From Firmicutes bacterium UBA1764 (GTDB taxonomy: Bacteria; Bacillota; Clostridia; Peptostreptococcales; Anaerovoracaceae), in assembly GCA_002315535.1 (NCBI GenBank), contig DCHA01000057.1, positions 676 through 64,675 on the forward strand: a stretch of 64,000 nt of DNA. Direction: 5' to 3'. Every line of letters starts with the position of its first letter. Position 1 is the stretch's first letter. Under the pieces are notes generated by a model. The model did no database searches. It saw nothing but the letters and a program-made list of their open reading frames with translations, and was not told the origin of the DNA. Made by a program: the position numbers and the translations under genes. Positions 62,920 to 64,000 of this stretch are shown piece by piece.

Positions 62920-64000
62920 ATGAGTGAAGAAGTAAAAAAAGATCAAGAGCCTCAGACTGAAGCTCCAAAGAAGAAGGTTGCTGCAAAGAAAGAGGAGGCT
63001 CCGGCAGAAAAGCCTGCTGCAAAGCCCGCGGCACCTAAGAAACCAAAAGACAAGCCTTATATTGATATGCCGACATGTGTAGGCTGCAGTGTCTGCATAG
63101 AAGCTTGCCCTATGGATTGCATCCAGCTTAGTGAGCCGAAGTTCCACGGCGACATTCGTACATATGCTTACCTTTCAGATGAAAAGAAATGTATCGGATG
63201 CGGAATGTGCGAAAAGGCTTGCCCGATTGATGTAATCACAATGTGCCAGCCGGGAGAAATTCCAGACAAATATACGAAGGGAGAAACTAGTATGTGTCAA
63301 GATTTATTTAAGGTTTACTGCAGAGTATTCCAGGCCGTTATGAAGGTGGGTAACTACTTCATGGGCTACAGAATGCCGGACTACATTCAGGGAGCAGGTT
63401 GCATCAAGCAGCTTCCGGGAATCATCAAGAGCAAGGGACTTACAAAGGTACTTGTAGTAACTGATGGAGGACTCCTCAAGCTGGGCGTTCCTGATGGACT
63501 TTTCGAAGCAATGAAGGAAGTTGGACTTGAATATGAAGTATTCAGCAACATTATTCATAACCCAACATCAGATAACGTAGAAGAGGGCTACAAGCTCTTC
63601 AGAGAAACAGGATGCCAGGGACTTATCGCATTCGGTGGCGGCGCTCCAATGGACTGTGCAAAGGCTATCGCTGCAAAGAACGCACATCCAAATAAGACTG
63701 TTGCACAGATGCAGGGACTCCTCAAGGTTCACAAGAAGATTTGTCCGTTCTGGGCAGTACCAACAACATCAGGTACAGGCTCCGAAACAACAGTAGCTGC
63801 TGTAATCACAGATTCCGCTACTCACCACAAGGCATCTATCAACGACCCATCAATTCTTCCAAAGTATGCGGTTCTCGATCCGGAGCTTACAATTGGTCTC
63901 CCACCATATGTAACAGCTCAGACAGGTATGGATGCTCTCTGCCACGCAGTAGAAAGCTACACCAACTGGACATATTGCACAGCACTTGAAAAGGATCTTT
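62920..64000 (+). CDS. fusion protein: Lys/Ala/Pro-rich tail + 2x[4Fe-4S] ferredoxin domain + iron-containing alcohol dehydrogenase (3' end beyond window)
   Basis: Hand translation from the ATG at 62920 is stop-free to 64000. It shows CVGCSVCIEACP and CIGCGMCEKACP, then Fe-ADH motifs GGGAPMDCAK, PTTSGTGSE, DALCHAVE. Not in the ORF track because no stop lies inside the window. Confidence 0.8.
   Translation, partial: MSEEVKKDQEPQTEAPKKKVAAKKEEAPAEKPAAKPAAPKKPKDKPYIDMPTCVGCSVCIEACPMDCIQLSEPKFHGDIRTYAYLSDEKKCIGCGMCEKACPIDVITMCQPGEIPDKYTKGETSMCQDLFKVYCRVFQAVMKVGNYFMGYRMPDYIQGAGCIKQLPGIIKSKGLTKVLVVTDGGLLKLGVPDGLFEAMKEVGLEYEVFSNIIHNPTSDNVEEGYKLFRETGCQGLIAFGGGAPMDCAKAIAAKNAHPNKTVAQMQGLLKVHKKICPFWAVPTTSGTGSETTVAAVITDSATHHKASINDPSILPKYAVLDPELTIGLPPYVTAQTGMDALCHAVESYTNWTYCTALEKDL

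Noticed and set aside
62890-63558. Minus-strand ORFs 62890-63147 and 63304-63558
   Set aside because: They are antisense to the stop-free ferredoxin::Fe-ADH frame, which carries unambiguous CxxCxxCxxxCP and Fe-ADH motifs.
1-64000. CRISPR arrays, IS elements, integrases, phage or defence-system genes
   Set aside because: I looked for regularly spaced direct repeats, terminal inverted repeats, DDE or tyrosine-recombinase-like ORFs and typical defence-gene architectures. I found none. RmuC here has the ordinary housekeeping architecture and context.

Overview
64-kb chromosomal segment. Gene content and codon usage look like a strictly anaerobic gut Firmicute (Clostridia, Lachnospiraceae-like); the taxon is inference only. 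I can support 59 protein-coding genes, one of them open-ended at the right edge and absent from the supplied ORF track. There is also one tRNA-Pro(CGG), one regulator-gene remnant, and a set of promoters, operators and terminators. I saw no rRNA, CRISPR array, transposase, integrase or phage genes.

Layout:
- 53-4912: Dpp/Opp-type peptide ABC operon.
- 5067-6086: rpsF-ssb-rpsR.
- 6130-10215: PatB/MalY-like lyase, amino-acid permease, amidohydrolase.
- 10376-12854: remnant plus intact sigma-54 enhancer-binding regulator.
- 13058-13073: consensus -24/-12 promoter.
- 13152-27064: the promoter drives a CoA-transferase / atypical crotonase / acyl-CoA dehydrogenase / FabK-NMO-like / transporter operon. 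A second CoA-transferase with a stand-alone Fe-S old-yellow-enzyme module follows, then a convergent etfB-etfA-acd operon.
- 27222-33886: CDF exporter, tRNA-Pro, MATE, YtrA-type GntR-ABC module, rmuC, DUF202.
- 34216-40407: orphan CUT1 sugar ABC operon plus SGNH esterase and MFS genes.
- 40579-49324: DeoR-linked BtpA/SgcQ, FGGY kinase, SrlD-like SDR and HAD locus with an Fe3+/polyamine-type ABC importer.
- 49387-60554: sialic-acid (nan) cluster of the lyase / AGE-epimerase / kinase / NagA type, with its own CUT1 importer.
- 60703 to beyond 64000: aldehyde:ferredoxin oxidoreductase, MoaD-like protein, and an in-frame ferredoxin::Fe-ADH fusion.

Best candidates for something undescribed:
1. The sigma-54-controlled acyl-CoA island, for which I cannot name a substrate.
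2. The AOR / MoaD / Lys-Ala-Pro-tailed ferredoxin-ADH fusion module.
3. The DeoR / BtpA / FGGY / SDR / HAD locus with an atypical importer class.

All family assignments come from motif recognition by eye. No database search was run.
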